Source: Octopus sinensis (lineage: Eukaryota). From it: a DNA stretch of 64,000 nucleotides. Each line of letters starts with the position of its first letter. Position 1 is the first letter of the stretch. A model generated the notes under the pieces. The model ran no database searches. It was not told where the DNA came from and saw only the letters and a list, made by a program, of their open reading frames with translations. Shown in pieces: positions 1 to 13,553 of this stretch. Location of the stretch: positions 12,524,001 through 12,588,000 of the forward strand of contig NC_043006.1 of NCBI RefSeq assembly GCF_006345805.1. The letters run 5' to 3'. A program made the position numbers and the translations under genes.

Positions 1-48
1 ATACATGTATATATATATATATATACATATGTGTGTGTGAGATATGTG

Positions 49-276
49 AATAAAAGGATAAGATCGTTAATTAAAATACCGATCATATCGTGGCTAGCAT
101 GGGGAAAAATCTCATAGGTAATAATTATTATTAAAATTATAATTAAGTGTAATAAAGGGTATCTAAAAAATACTACAATGCTAGATATAGCAGTCAAAAC
201 GTGGCTCTAAAACCACATAAAATGTTCATACAGCACCAGGAGAGAAGACAAAGAAACAAAATAAACTAGCAAAAAA
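49..276 (-). mobile_element. Interspersed repeat fragment, inverted copy of 897-1120 (Penelope pLTR-like, inferred)
   Basis: The reverse complement aligns by eye with 897-1120 over about 225 bp (e.g. aaaataccgatcatatc, tgctagatatagcagtcaaaac). Confidence 0.7.
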
Positions 277-283
277 GTATCTG

Positions 284-536
284 GTTGATGGAAACAGAAA
301 GAAGCCCATCATACATACCCAAGCGGGTGTTTGTGTGTTTTTTGTTTGTCCTCCACTACCGCTTGACAGCCGGTGTTCGTGTGATTAGGTGCTTGTAGCC
401 TAGCAGTTCGGCGAAAAAGATCGCGAGAATCAGCAGCAGACTCTAAAAAGATTATGTCCTGGGGTTGTTTCATTTGACAAAACATTCATCAAGGTGGTGC
501 CATAGCATGGCCGCAGTCAGACTAAAGACGTGAAAA
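284..536 (+). mobile_element. SINE family B, 3' part, diverged
   Basis: ggaaacagaaagaagccc ... gcttgacagccggtg ... ggtggtgccatagcatggccgcagtc matches the copies at 41852-42262 and 47716-48131. Confidence 0.8.
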
Positions 537-638
537 ATATGCATGCATTTGTATGCTGAGTGAAGCGGTGTCAAACGGTGGGAGAGGACAGACAAACACA
601 CACACACATACACACACACATGTATGACGGTTTTCTTT

Positions 639-867
639 GGCGTGCTGGCAGAAACGTCAGCACGCCGGGCGAAATGCTTAGAGGTATTTCGTCTGCCGTT
701 ACGTTCTGAGTTCAAATTCCGCCGAGGTCGACTTTGCCTTTCATCCTTTCGGGGTCGATTAAATAAAGTACCAGTTACGCACTGGGGTCGATATAATCGA
801 CTTAATCCGCTTGTCTGTCCTTGTTTGTCCTCTCTGTGTTTAGCTCCTTGTGGGTAGTAAAGAAATA
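639..867 (+). mobile_element. SINE family A (tRNA-derived head, Meta-domain-like core) with a 10-bp TSD
   Basis: A-box-like tggcagaaacg, B-box-like gagttcaaattcc, and core gactttgcctttcatcctttcggggtcgat..aagtaccagt. It is flanked by ggttttcttt at 629-638 and 868-877. Confidence 0.92.
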
Positions 868-896
868 GGTTTTCTTTCTGTTTTTATCAACCAATA

Positions 897-1230
897 ATTT
901 TGTGCTAGTTAATTTTGTTTCTTTGTCTTCGCTGCTGGTGCTGTATGAATAGTCGATGTGGTTTTAGAGTCAGGTTTTGACTGCTATATCTAGCATTATG
1001 GCATCTTTTAGATACCCTTAATTATAATTTTAATAATAATTATTACCTATGGGGTTTTTATTCCCATGCTGGCCACCTGATATGATCGGTATTTTAAATA
1101 ACAATCTTATTCTTATTTATATAATTTTATATATTGACTTCGTCATTATATTCACTGCGGTGGTATTTTGACCATATCGCATGAAGAGTTTATGCGGTCA
1201 GTTTAAACTGGTCGTGTGCAAACGTGCATT
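897..1230 (+). mobile_element. Interspersed repeat (Penelope pLTR-like, inferred) with an internal hairpin
   Basis: Inverted homologue of 49-276. It carries the hairpin gcggtcagttt/aaactggtcgt near 1195-1216 and ends at a microsatellite. Confidence 0.55.
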
Positions 1231-1265
1231 TATATGTGTGTATACGTACGTACACACACACATAC

Positions 1266-1592
1266 ATGGTGGTGGGTGCCTACTCCTTATGCAGAGTTTG
1301 ACCACCTCCTATATCTACACCTTAGCACCATCATGGCATCTCGTGTAGCTTTTTAAATCAGAGTATTCTGAAAAGACACCCACATAGATTGCACCTCTGA
1401 TTTTGACTGCCAAGACCTGCAGATAAGTTCTACTCTTTGTGGATCTTCAAATGTCTTTCGAGGCCTCCGTTGGATTTGCAAACCTTCTAGCATACACTGC
1501 ATTCAAAGGTGTGCACAGGCATATAGGCAGAATAGTTGGTGGAGGTTCGTTTTCCATGCTTTCACAGATGAGATTTGAGGCCAGCAAAAGAC
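1266..1592 (-). mobile_element. Degenerate LINE 3' end with C2H2 zinc-finger remnants (RTE-like)
   Basis: The minus strand reads HTFECSVC*KVCKSNGGLERHLKIH and a second C-x2-C...H remnant (RCNLCG...), with in-frame stops. It ends in a short (CCA)n tail. Confidence 0.6.
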
Positions 1593-3366
1593 ATACATAC
1601 ATGCATACATACGTACACGAATGCATACATAAATACATACATACATACATATAAGTGTATGCGTGTGTAATACATACAGTCATATATACATTAACATGCA
1701 AAGATAAAACTTTTAACATTCACATGAGCTTTTTTATGCGGAGAGTATTGAACCTATTACTTTTCCGGATAGTAAAGAATTTGAATGTTAAGAAAAATGT
1801 TGATGATTTATCCTCGTCTTGTTGACTCAGCATACTTGTGCTTGAGTGCGATAATACCAATTTTTTTCTAGATGTGATCAGCATTTTTAATGGATATTTG
1901 GAATGACATTAAGAAAATACTTTCCTTTGGCGGAATAAGCATGCGCACACATACGTACACACTAGAAGAAAGATAGATATATCGTTGTTTTATGTGGGTA
2001 TATATACAATTATATTTTGAAAATATTTAGACAAATTAAATTTAAATGTTGAAGTGAATCTAACAGTTTTTGTTTTAAACACCTTCCACGCTGCAACTGT
2101 TTTCGTTCCAGCGCACGATCTCAGATCGAGTCACTCGCTATGCAAGTACATCTCTGTATATTATACACATGTTGTAAATTATATATATATATGATATTTA
2201 TTTATTTATACAGAATACAGCAAGAGAAGAGAGAGAGAGAGAGAGGGGGAGAGAGAGATAGTGAACGAGAGAAGGTGAATAAATTTATTCAGTGCTGCTA
2301 TTTCTTTCGGATATTGTCAATAATTAACAATTACGATAATGAAAAACAAATAGCAACAAACGGAAAAGAGTTACAGCCAGAAAGCCATAAATATGAACCA
2401 AACATGATCCGCAGAACTCAAACCGCTTTCAATTTCCGAAAATAATTAGGCAACAAAGCGTAATCCCATCACCAGTGGAAAAAATTCTATACCATAAAAA
2501 CTAAAAAGTCCGGAAAAAATCTTGCCATGTAACTACGGCTCGGATAAAAATATAAATGGTCGCATTATTTTTAAAATACCTTCTCTTTGAAAGGATGCAC
2601 AACAGAGGGAATAAAATATCCATGGATTTGATGTGTTGAAATGTGACGTAACTGTGATGAATCATCAGAACTTAAATATTTGCCAATATTTAGAACCAGC
2701 GTTTGACTGTCGATATTTGCAGTTGGTACAGGTTGATATAGTTTACCTATATTCTTTCGAGCATTTCCTTGCATCTATTTATAGCCCGTATTTCACGAAA
2801 GAGATGCTATATTCATTCTCATTCTTTTCTACAAATGGCACTTTAAGATTTCTGAAACGATATTTTGCTGGTAGATATTTTCCTCCTCTCAACCTTTGCA
2901 TCTTGGTGTTACATAATATCTTTGGTTGCGCTGATAAAACAACATTATATTACCGAAAATACAACAACGAAAACCTATTCCAGCTTCTATACAGAAAAAA
3001 AAACATCAAAGAAAAGCAACTCTTGACTCTATATGAAAATAAAAGAAAAAATATACACTTAAATAAAAACCTATTACAGATGTTAAACAATACAGAGAAA
3101 TAATAATAAAAAAAATGTATTTCATAAGAAAGAAAAGTAGTTTAAAAATATTAAAATACTTGTTCCTGTTATTTTCAATAGAAATTGATATGATATTAAG
3201 TCTACCAAGTATTTTTCTGCAAACCATAAAATGTTATATCTTTTAGGAAGCAGAGCTTTCCGAGCAATCGCATGAAAGGGGAAAAAAAATTCTTAGTTAG
3301 GTAAATGTACTGCAAAGCGTTTTCCAATTCATTTAATAATTTACTAACACCCTATAGTTCACTGTA

Positions 3367-3420
3367 TCTATATATATAATATATATATATGTATATATAT
3401 ATGTATATATATGTATATAC

Positions 3421-3452
<32 letters not shown>

Positions 3453-3468
3453 GTATATATATATGTAT

Positions 3469-3499
<31 letters not shown>

Positions 3500-3511
3500 G
3501 ATATATATATG

Positions 3512-3544
<33 letters not shown>

Positions 3545-3560
3545 GTATATATATATATAC

Positions 3561-3591
<31 letters not shown>

Positions 3592-3712
3592 ATGTATATA
3601 TATGTATATATATATACATATTATATATATATAATATATATATATGTATATATATGTATAATATATATATATATACATATATATATTATATGTATATATA
3701 TATATGTATATA

Positions 3713-3771
<59 letters not shown>

Positions 3772-3790
3772 AAGTATGTATGTATGTATA
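3367..3790. repeat. Compound (TA)n/(TG)n microsatellite, representative of dozens in the window
   Basis: Seen directly. Similar tracts lie at about 10950-11310, 18380-18780, 37780-38110, 38990-39470 and 60110-60530. Confidence 0.97.
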
Positions 3791-4233
3791 ACTCTACGTA
3801 TATATGGTTATTGTTATTATGTTTCCTGTAGTCATACCTATTCACTGGCTGTAAATTTATGAATTGTTGTTTTGGATATGAAATCAAATATTTTTTTTTA
3901 TTCATTGTTATTTTCTTTTGTAATTCACAGTCTTTTTAAGCGTTGATAATAATAGCCTTTTATCTTTCCATCCGTATTTCTTTCGTTCTCTCGTCATTGT
4001 TATTGATTGTTGTTGGTCAGTTTAGTTGCAACCAAATGATATTTCTATAATATGAATATTAATACCATTGTTTTGAACGGACAGTAGCGATGACGGCTGT
4101 AGTGGTGGTTATGGTACTGGTAGTGGCTACGCTGGTAGTTATTGTGTTGTCGGTAGCGTAGTTATGGTGCTACCTCTCACCAGTTATAATTAGTATATAT
4201 GTGTGTGTGTGTGTTGTATGTATTATAAATATG

Positions 4234-4265
<32 letters not shown>

Positions 4266-4268
4266 CAA

Positions 4269-4404
4269 CTACCAAATCCACTCACAAGGCTTTGGTCAAC
4301 CCGAGGCTATAGTAGAAGACACTTTCCCAAGGTGCCACGCAGTGTGACTGAACCCGGAACCATGTGGTTGGTAAGCAAAATACTTACCACACAGCCACTC
4401 CTGT
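4269..4404 (-). mobile_element. SINE family B, 5' (tRNA-like head) half
   Basis: The reverse complement caggagtggctgtgtggtaag...ccgggttcagtcacactgcgtggcaccttgggaaagtgtcttc matches the family B head. Confidence 0.88.
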
Positions 4405-4429
4405 ATTTAAATGTATATATATCTATCTA

Positions 4430-4519
<90 letters not shown>

Positions 4520-4546
4520 CATTATATATATCTATATATATATATC

Positions 4547-4589
<43 letters not shown>

Positions 4590-5924
4590 GTATTGAGCTC
4601 AACAACCGCTACTCCTTCTACTTAATAAACAGTAGGTAATTTGTCTTGACTGTTCGATACGCATACACAAATATAGTAGATCGGTTCTAGAGTCAGACGT
4701 AGCTGTTTTGAAAGTCAGCTACGAAAACAAAACTTTTAGTGCCACACACACGTTGTTGCAATGGGAGAAAAAGCATTACTGATGCAACACGTAAACACTC
4801 TCACTCGTTATTCTTTGTCAGTTTCCTTTTTCAAAAGGGTCCACAAAATACTTTCTGCCACACCAATCTTTAGCTTTCTCTGGTGTGTATAAGCATGTGC
4901 TTATAGTGTTTAACAATAACGATTCTTCCCGAATATAACAATATTGGTTTCAACACATAGTTTCCGATTTTCTAATCTGATCTCCTTGCACAACATATTC
5001 AAACTTAAAAGGTCACTCACATGTTTGTATTAATTATTTTGGTTATTTCTGATTTTAGAATAAAATGGAAAGTTAATAACATCATAATACACAGCTGCCG
5101 TTCACTTTGTACTGATTTATTTACAATGCACACATTCTTCTTCTATACTGTGGCATACGCGCATCAATAGAAATTCAACTTTTGTGATATATTTCATAAA
5201 CGACTTGAAAGATTCTTTTAAATTATTGCAAACGTTCGAAATAATTCAACTTTAGCAGCGATAAATCGTTTAAGTTCTTGTTTGATTACTAAGATGTTAA
5301 GTTACTTTTGATCTCCTTTATCCTCATTATTATCATGGTAGATATCTTCAAGATGTATTTCAAGGATCGGTGTGACGTATTTGTTAATGATTTACGTGTT
5401 AAGATGAATTTCTTTTAGTTTTACTTGAATCATAATATTTTCAGCTGTTAAAATATTGAATGCTGTATACGGAATTAATTATCACCCGATGCAATTCAGT
5501 GAAACATGTGAGACTACAAAGTTGAAATTCTAGAATATTTTTCAATAATTTGTTTATGAAACCTTGTAATGTTGCAGTGAGTCTTATAATCAAGCCCCTT
5601 GCTTGCATTTAATAGCTATTCGGAAGCACTAATGAGAAGATGTAACAACGCACATATACACGAACACGCACGCGTGCACAAACACGCATGCCTCCCCCAA
5701 ACACGCACCACATACACACACAAATACACACACATATACATACATGTGTGGGAATATATATATACATATACATGCATACATGCGTGGGAATATATATATA
5801 TATATAATCTGTAAAATTATATTTGTTTCTCTCATATACATACACGTACAGATACACAGACACACACACATGTGTGAGAAAGAGAGTTAGAGAGAGAGAA
5901 ATAGTTTCTTCGCTATGTATGTTA

Positions 5925-6011
<87 letters not shown>

Positions 6012-6130
6012 TACATGCGCGCATGAGGGGGTGGAAAGGAAACTGTATGTGTATATGACGTTTGCATATTTTCACAGAGGTTTGCTGCATCTGATATCAA
6101 AGTGGAGCATATGCAAGCAACTCGCATTTT

Positions 6131-6375
6131 GTCAGGAAAATGTATATGGTGGAGTCCGTGCATCTGGTTCCACCGCCGTTGTACACTACTAAATTCGCCC
6201 AAAAACTAGGATCTCGTCAAGAGAATGTATATGTGGAGAAAACCAAGCAGCTGGTTCCACCGCAGATGTACACTCTACTAAATTTATCCAAGAACTAGGA
6301 TATAGCTAGGAAAATGTATTTGTGGAGGAACCCGAACAACTGGTTTCACACATTACGAAATTTACCAGGAACTAG
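6131..6375. repeat. Diverged tandem repeat, about 85-88 bp x 3
   Basis: Recurring aaatgtatatgtggag...ctggttccaccgc...gtacact..actaaatt....aa.aactagga, with units starting near 6131, 6216 and 6305. Confidence 0.75.
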
Positions 6376-7187
6376 TGTACTATTGTCTATTTATAGACAA
6401 TAGTACACTATTGGCCTTTTTATATTAATAATAGTTTAGGTTGAAAATTTGATAGTATAAGCAATCCAATGTTGAGTCCGGGGAAAGTAGAATTGATTGG
6501 TTAAGATTTGACAATTAATAAATATATAACTACCTTGATACAGATCTAACAGAAGTAATGTTGGCCTGTGTCGCCTGCTATGGAGTAGTAACGATTATTA
6601 GTTTCAAATAAATGAGAATTACACTTGGGAAACAAGATTTTTTGCGAGGACCCAAATATCACACTACTGAATTCGTTAACCGAAAAATTGCAAGGGAGAA
6701 GGCCTCAAAAAACCTCAAAATATTAACGTCTATTTTTAACATAATCTGAGTAGTAAGGTAGTTCAAATTAACATGGCGCCAGTAAACATGTATAAAGAAG
6801 AGTTGATTATATTCCCTACCTTTCTGTATATGTTAGATATCAACATTAGAAATATCGATGACTTTTTTTTTTTTTTTGATTATTGAACAAAACAGTTATC
6901 TTGCTGCGGCAGCCATCAATATCGGTCAATATTATGAACAACATTTTACCAAGTTTCTATCTATATAATCCATCTTAGATTCCATCTAAATTTTCTATCG
7001 GGAAATATTCATCCACGTCCATTTCTATTTCAGTAAGTCACTATTAATGAAAGAATCGCGATGAGAACCACCTGCGTGTCCTCCATAATAAGGATACTTT
7101 GAAAATGCCGCTATCTAAAACAAACATGCATATGTACACACATATACGTCCGCATACAGACGCACTTATTCACATACGCACAAATAC

Positions 7188-7218
<31 letters not shown>

Positions 7219-7220
7219 TA

Positions 7221-7254
<34 letters not shown>

Positions 7255-7255
<1 letters not shown>

Positions 7256-7578
7256 TTACGTCAAATTTCAATGACTTCTACATCATATTAAAGTAGTAAG
7301 ACCTTTTTCATATATTCAAAGAAATCCGTGAAATGCGTACATAAAAAGTTAATATTCAGAAACTCACTCAGACACAAAACACACGCACACACATACTCAT
7401 ACGTGTGTATGAAGGTGTGAGAATGTATGTGTATGTACGTATGCATGGTGTACGTTTGTTAATCCATACACAGTCCAAGAAACATTTCCTAAATGTCACG
7501 AAAAGAGAGTCACGTATATACACCAAAGATAAACTATTTATATATGTGCAAACTGACATTTTTACAAATACGAAAACA

Positions 7579-7615
<37 letters not shown>

Positions 7616-7939
7616 ATATACTTACGTCAAATTTCAATGACTTCTACATCATATTAAAGTAGTAAGACCTTTTTCATATATTCAAAGAATCCGTGAAATG
7701 CGTACATAAAAAGTTAATATTCAGAAACTCACTCAGACACAAAACACACGCACACACATACTCATACGTGTGTATGAAGGTGTGAGAATGTATGTGTATG
7801 TACGTATGCATGGTGTACGTTTGTTAATCCATACACAGTCCAAGAAACATTTCCTAAATGTCACGAAAAGAGAGTCACGTATATACACCAAAGATAAACT
7901 ATTTATATATGTGCAAACTGACATTTTTACAAATACGAA

Positions 7940-7945
<6 letters not shown>
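7255..7945. repeat. Near-perfect tandem duplication with a 366-bp period
   Basis: 7255-7580 and 7621-7945 appear identical apart from a 1-nt A indel. Each copy is bounded by (TA)n. Confidence 0.93.
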
Positions 7946-7994
<49 letters not shown>

Positions 7995-8883
7995 CAGAAA
8001 AACAACTAATAAAATTTCATATAACATTCAAGGGTCTTAACGCTCTACTCAACGGAGCTTCATATAGCCTAAATTTATATAACCATGGCCTGCTCAAAAA
8101 TAAGTACTAAACTAATATATTGGCTGTTATATTCAGTTCAAAATACCGAAGAATATAAAAGGAACTGAAGTGGAAATTCTTCATGGAAGATGACGATAAA
8201 AATCCGTGTTAACAAATATCTGGATATATTTCCAAGCGCTGAAAGCGCAAAAATTCTATTTCGGTTAAAAACACACACACACCTACGCACACATCAAAAG
8301 AATAAAAAGAAAGAGAGAACAAAGAAGAAAAAAAGAGAAAACAACTTTTCCAATAAGTGAACTAAAATGATTCCAAAATATATAGTAAATAGAGAAATCA
8401 ATAAGTGTAATATAAACCAACGGAAGTAACATATTCATCAGGAAAAAAAAAACTAAGTCTTGTCATTAAAAACTATAACGGTAATTTAAACAGACACCAA
8501 TTTCATTTATTTGATTATTACATGGAACGTGTTAACCGAATCCAAAGAAGTTCTTGTGTTCAAACTATCAAGAATTCATTCAAGTGTACCTTCCAATATC
8601 AGTGTCTTACCTTTTTCTGTATGGCCGAATTGGTTTTGTTTCTCTTTTTTGTTTTAAAGACAGTGTCGTACAATTTGATTGAAAGTTGGTAGATTTTAAT
8701 ATCACTTTGAACCAATGGTTTTCATGAGGAGTAAGGGTGTGAGGATTGCAACGGGGTGGACATACTGCTGGGTTGGTAACATTCGGGTTAAATTTAATGA
8801 ATTTATTCTATTAAGACTTGTACACTATCAGCGTGAATAAACAAAATTTATACTGATACAAATTCTTCTCTGCCTTCTCTCTA

Positions 8884-9080
8884 TCTGACAGAATCGTTCG
8901 TGTGTCGGAAAGTGGTTTGTGGTATTTGTTCAAAACTCACCGGGGCCTACTTTGCCTTTCATTTTCCTACAATCGATAAAATAAAACACCAGTCTCGTAT
9001 TGTAATGGATGATATCATCTGCCCCCAACGCACACACACACTCAAAAATGTTACCCTTGTGCCTAAATTTGAAACTAATA
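8884..9080 (+). mobile_element. Old, diverged family A-related SINE
   Basis: tgacagaatcgtt ... actttgcctttcattttcc..atcgataaaataaaacaccagt resembles the family A head and core. Confidence 0.6.
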
Positions 9081-10973
9081 TTACAAGACAAGTGAAAGCA
9101 AACATCTTTCACTTATCACCGGTATTCGTCAATTTGAGAACCACTTGGGTTAAGTGAGTACCTGGAATACTCCACGTTGGATTGAAATTGTTCTCTTATT
9201 TTGAATGGCCACAAAAGGCGTGTAGCATTTTGACAGTGAGATGTAATGAAATTCTTGTATTTACCGATGGCAATACTGTTACAACCAAATTGAAAATTTC
9301 TCCTGGAGATATAAATTATATATGTCTGACTGTTTTAGCTGGAAGGTTAAATCATTTTGTATTTTCAGAGCTTAGCTGATATAGCAAGGTACAAAACTAT
9401 TTTGCGTTAATCATAAGACCTTGCTGCTAAATTTAATTTATAGAAACTTTCCAGCCTTAGTAAATCAACAGACGCCTCTCACATAGCAATTCTAAGAAGT
9501 ACAGAAAGTTAAGAAATATAAAACAATCATCTCAAATAAAGATTTCTTAGATAAGCATGAAACTTGGGTTTACGAGGAAGAAGAAATCTGTCACATTATA
9601 ACATTCATCTTTTAAATTGACATGAGACTCAGACTCAAATCACAATACTTGTCCATTTATTTTTCTGTCAGTTAAACCCTCTATGTGATGAATGCACCAA
9701 CACATCTGTGTATGTGAGAACTACCAGACCATTTCACACAAATTTTGAGGTACTGAAAAACGAACCAAATATAATATAACAGTATCTACTCAATCTAGCA
9801 CAGATTCGATAACGATATCAATATATTATGTATTAAGAAATCAATGATATTGTGACTCCTTAAGAAAATCAATAGCGAAAATGCTGAGAACAATAAATCT
9901 AATAAAGCCATCTCTATGTGAAAATGTACACGCACATTAGTGAAACAAGACAACACAAAGACCGACTGCTGCAATATACACGAATCACGTGGGAATTTTA
10001 ATGTAGTTACTATACCTGTTAGAAATAGTTACCCGTTGTAAAAATGCTACAGTAGGTAATGTGTTCTTAGGAATACGGTGTTGGAAGAAAGAACAATAGA
10101 AAATGAAATGGTCGCGGTTGGGATGCGTTTGGATTGAATTCACCTGCGGATTAATGAGAATACCAACAACTACAACTGAAAATTAGATTGATATCACGGA
10201 TCCTTGTTCATCTTGTAAATCTCAAATTTCATATTTTCACGTTCAATGAACATACATAATACAGAATCATAAATAGGTTAGAAATCGATAAGTGAATAAA
10301 ACAAAATCGCCCGGTATATAACGAATATGAGGACATTGCTTGATTAAAATAATAGTCACACATTGATACGTCAAAAGCATAGCGTATATACACTTTCTGC
10401 GAATACCATAGATTTTTAGAAGTATTGACTTCTGCATGAGATAGAAATATTTCAGACTCGAAGATTCGGTTTACCAACGAAAAGACTACTAATTCTCATG
10501 TCGAATAGACTGTGCGTCCAATCTTAAGGACATTCTCTACTAAAACTATTACAACTATAGTCGGTCATATCAGTATAATAATGTCTAATATATTTACAGA
10601 CGGTACTCCCGTGCCATTCATTCCTGTGAACATACAGATTTTCTATATATACAAAACGTAAATATGAATAATATATTATGTGACTAAATTTATTCCACTT
10701 ACAGTTACTGTGAAGTGCAATGGATGAGTGCTCTGTAGTGTAGCCTAGTAGTTTTTTTTTTCTATTTAGACAATAAATTTCTTACATACACCTCGAGGAC
10801 CGTTGAAAAAGAATTTATATATGAACATGTTACATATGACATAATTTGACACGATATCTTTCCTAGCTGCTGATCACATAGATTTTGTCTATTTCTTATA
10901 TGCATTTATGTTTATACAAATGTAAAAAGATAAACATACCCCATCCGAGATATATACATACATACATACACAC

Positions 10974-11070
<97 letters not shown>

Positions 11071-11087
11071 TATATATAATATATATA

Positions 11088-11297
<210 letters not shown>

Positions 11298-12819
11298 TAT
11301 ATACACACACACGTTAATATATATATAAGAATATTGTAAGAAAGGAAGCATTGATAACAAATATATCGGAGAAGAGAGATGTTCAAAGACAGATACAGAA
11401 TAACACAAATTCATTTTCTGAAAGCTGCTTTTGTAGAAACCGGATATCATATCGAAGTCGACCAATACTGAGCAAACAGCCTGACAAGTTAGATAATGAA
11501 AAGAAACAGCAGGGAAAGAAGTAAAAAAAAAAACTTTATCAGAAAATGAATATTTAGAAACTAGTCAAAGTAAACGATAGTAATGTACAGAAGACCGAGC
11601 CCTATTGTATATGAAACTTAGGTCGAAAACCCCGAAGTCAATTGCCTGGAAGATGGCAGTTGTGTGAAACACCTGTCACGAGAAAACAAATTGAATTCGA
11701 ATAAACTATATACTCTACATTAAGTACTGAGTACTTTATTGTTCAAATTGAAATGTGTTTCTAATGACAGTATGCATCGTTAATTTGTATTTGAGACTTT
11801 ATTCAATATCTCCTTTGAAATACTCATAATATATTATGCAGTTATGTATTTCGTGTGAAGCTGGGAAAAATTTACGTTTTTAAATTACCAAATATATTGA
11901 AATGATATAATGAGAGAGCAAACATATGGGATTGTCAGCCTGTCTGTCTGTCTGTCATTTTCCCCCTCTCGTTAGAGCTAATCAAACCTAATTTAAGTGT
12001 GCAGTCAACCATGATCTAAGTATACAAATTTTTACATTAAAATTTGTGTAAAACTGTTATGAAGACATTTCATTGTTACATGCTTCGCCTTTTGTCTTAT
12101 CTCAAAATCTATTTTTTTGAAATCGACGCACAGATAATCATAACGTGACTACTTTCATTTTTTTTTCTGTAGTTTAGTACCGTAAAATGTATTGATTAAC
12201 TTTAACATTTAAACAATAACAGCTAAAAAAACAACACAGCTAATATTTTAAAAGTCTTTATGGACAATGTATTATTCATGTATAATATCCTTATCTTTGT
12301 TTTAGCTAGCAATGATTTATGATTTAATTTTACAAACAATGCACAAATATAGATTTGATGATGTTCCATAGAATACATTTCGAATTAATTGATTGGCCAC
12401 ACACGTGCACACATACGCAAGAACACACACACACACATTGGCACACATACATACACACACACTCGATATATAATATGAAGTTATGTGCTATGGTGGTTGA
12501 ATTTATTGTCTATTGTTATATTTTATCAGATATCTTTCTATGAATAGTTTACCGATAATTCTGCTTGAAAAGAATTTTTTGTTTTATTTCGAAAAATGCA
12601 TTGCATAGTGTTAGTGGGTGTCTCACTTAGAGAGAAAACCTGATATTTTTGTTAGCTTGGAAATAGTAGTTCTTCATTCGTACCTTTTTCTAATTGTATA
12701 ACAGACACATATCAGCTTACTTCGTGCCAAAATTCCACGTACATAAAATCAGGGAAAAGATGCAGAATACAAAAGTATTTTGCCGTCGTTTTTTTTTGTC
12801 CTGCTTTCTGTTTACATGG

Positions 12820-13110
12820 ACGTAAACAGCCGGCCCAGCTACGGAAGTTAAGAACCTTGTTTGGCCATGTTCAAACCCTAACATCATCTGGGGAAGAAAG
12901 AAGATTCCATCTCTTGATTGAAGAGATTGAGAAACACCTCTTCTCCAATTGCCATAGGAATTATCCTCCTGCTGAAGCAGTATGTATTTAGTGGAAAGCG
13001 CTCAACCGCCAAAGAACGAGAAATAAACGATCAAAACTTGCTTTGATCAAATGGGGTTACACGACCGGCTCAATCACCTGTAAATGCTGAGAAGCATATC
13101 ACTAACCCAT
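12820..13110 (+). mobile_element. Degenerate non-LTR retrotransposon C-terminus (Vingi/Ingi-like)
   Basis: Remnant WKALNR...RSK...IKWGYTTGSITCKC resembles the WxxLNRLRTG..KWG..CxCG tail of Ingi/Vingi ORFs. It is frameshifted. Confidence 0.55.
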
Positions 13111-13171
13111 GTTTCGACTTCATTGTTAATGATGTACAATTATTTGGACCCAAGTCTGTTTTAATAAAGTA

Positions 13172-13553
13172 CTAGCAGTATCGCCCGGCGTTGCTCGGGT
13201 TTGTAAGGGAAATAACTATAAAGCATTTTTAGAGAGTTATAGCAAAAAAATGCATTAAAAATGGAAAAATATGATGGTAATTTTTTTTAAATCGTTGACT
13301 CATCGTAGACATTTTTAGAGAGTTACTTCCCTTATATTAAAAAAATATGCATTAAAATAGAAAAAAAAATGATGTTAAATTATTTTTAAAATCGTAGACT
13401 CATCGTAGACGCGCGCTAATACCCAGAAGGGCTCGATATGAATCACGACTATAAGATACCCGGTTTTGGTTAAACTGCATCGCAAAATGTGGGAGTAGTT
13501 AGGAATTTAAATCGTAGGAGACAGACACACAACTTCACTTTTATATATAAAGA
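13172..13553 (-). mobile_element. Non-autonomous Helitron
   Basis: The minus strand starts TC(tttatatataaaag) and ends with hairpin cccg-agcaacgc-cggg followed by CTAG. It is inserted between A and T with no TSD. A second copy lies at 25357-25715. Confidence 0.9.

Noticed and set aside
1340-1520. Host C2H2 zinc-finger gene
   Set aside because: In-frame stops, no TGEKP linkers, and a LINE-like short tail indicate a retrotransposon C-terminus.
2633-3103. 156-aa plus-strand ORF
   Set aside because: Non-ATG start, composition typical of AT-rich non-coding DNA, and no recognisable motif.
3352-3905. Long YI/IY, VC, YLSI and MYVC-rich ORFs here and throughout the window
   Set aside because: They are translations of di- and tetranucleotide microsatellites that lack stop codons.
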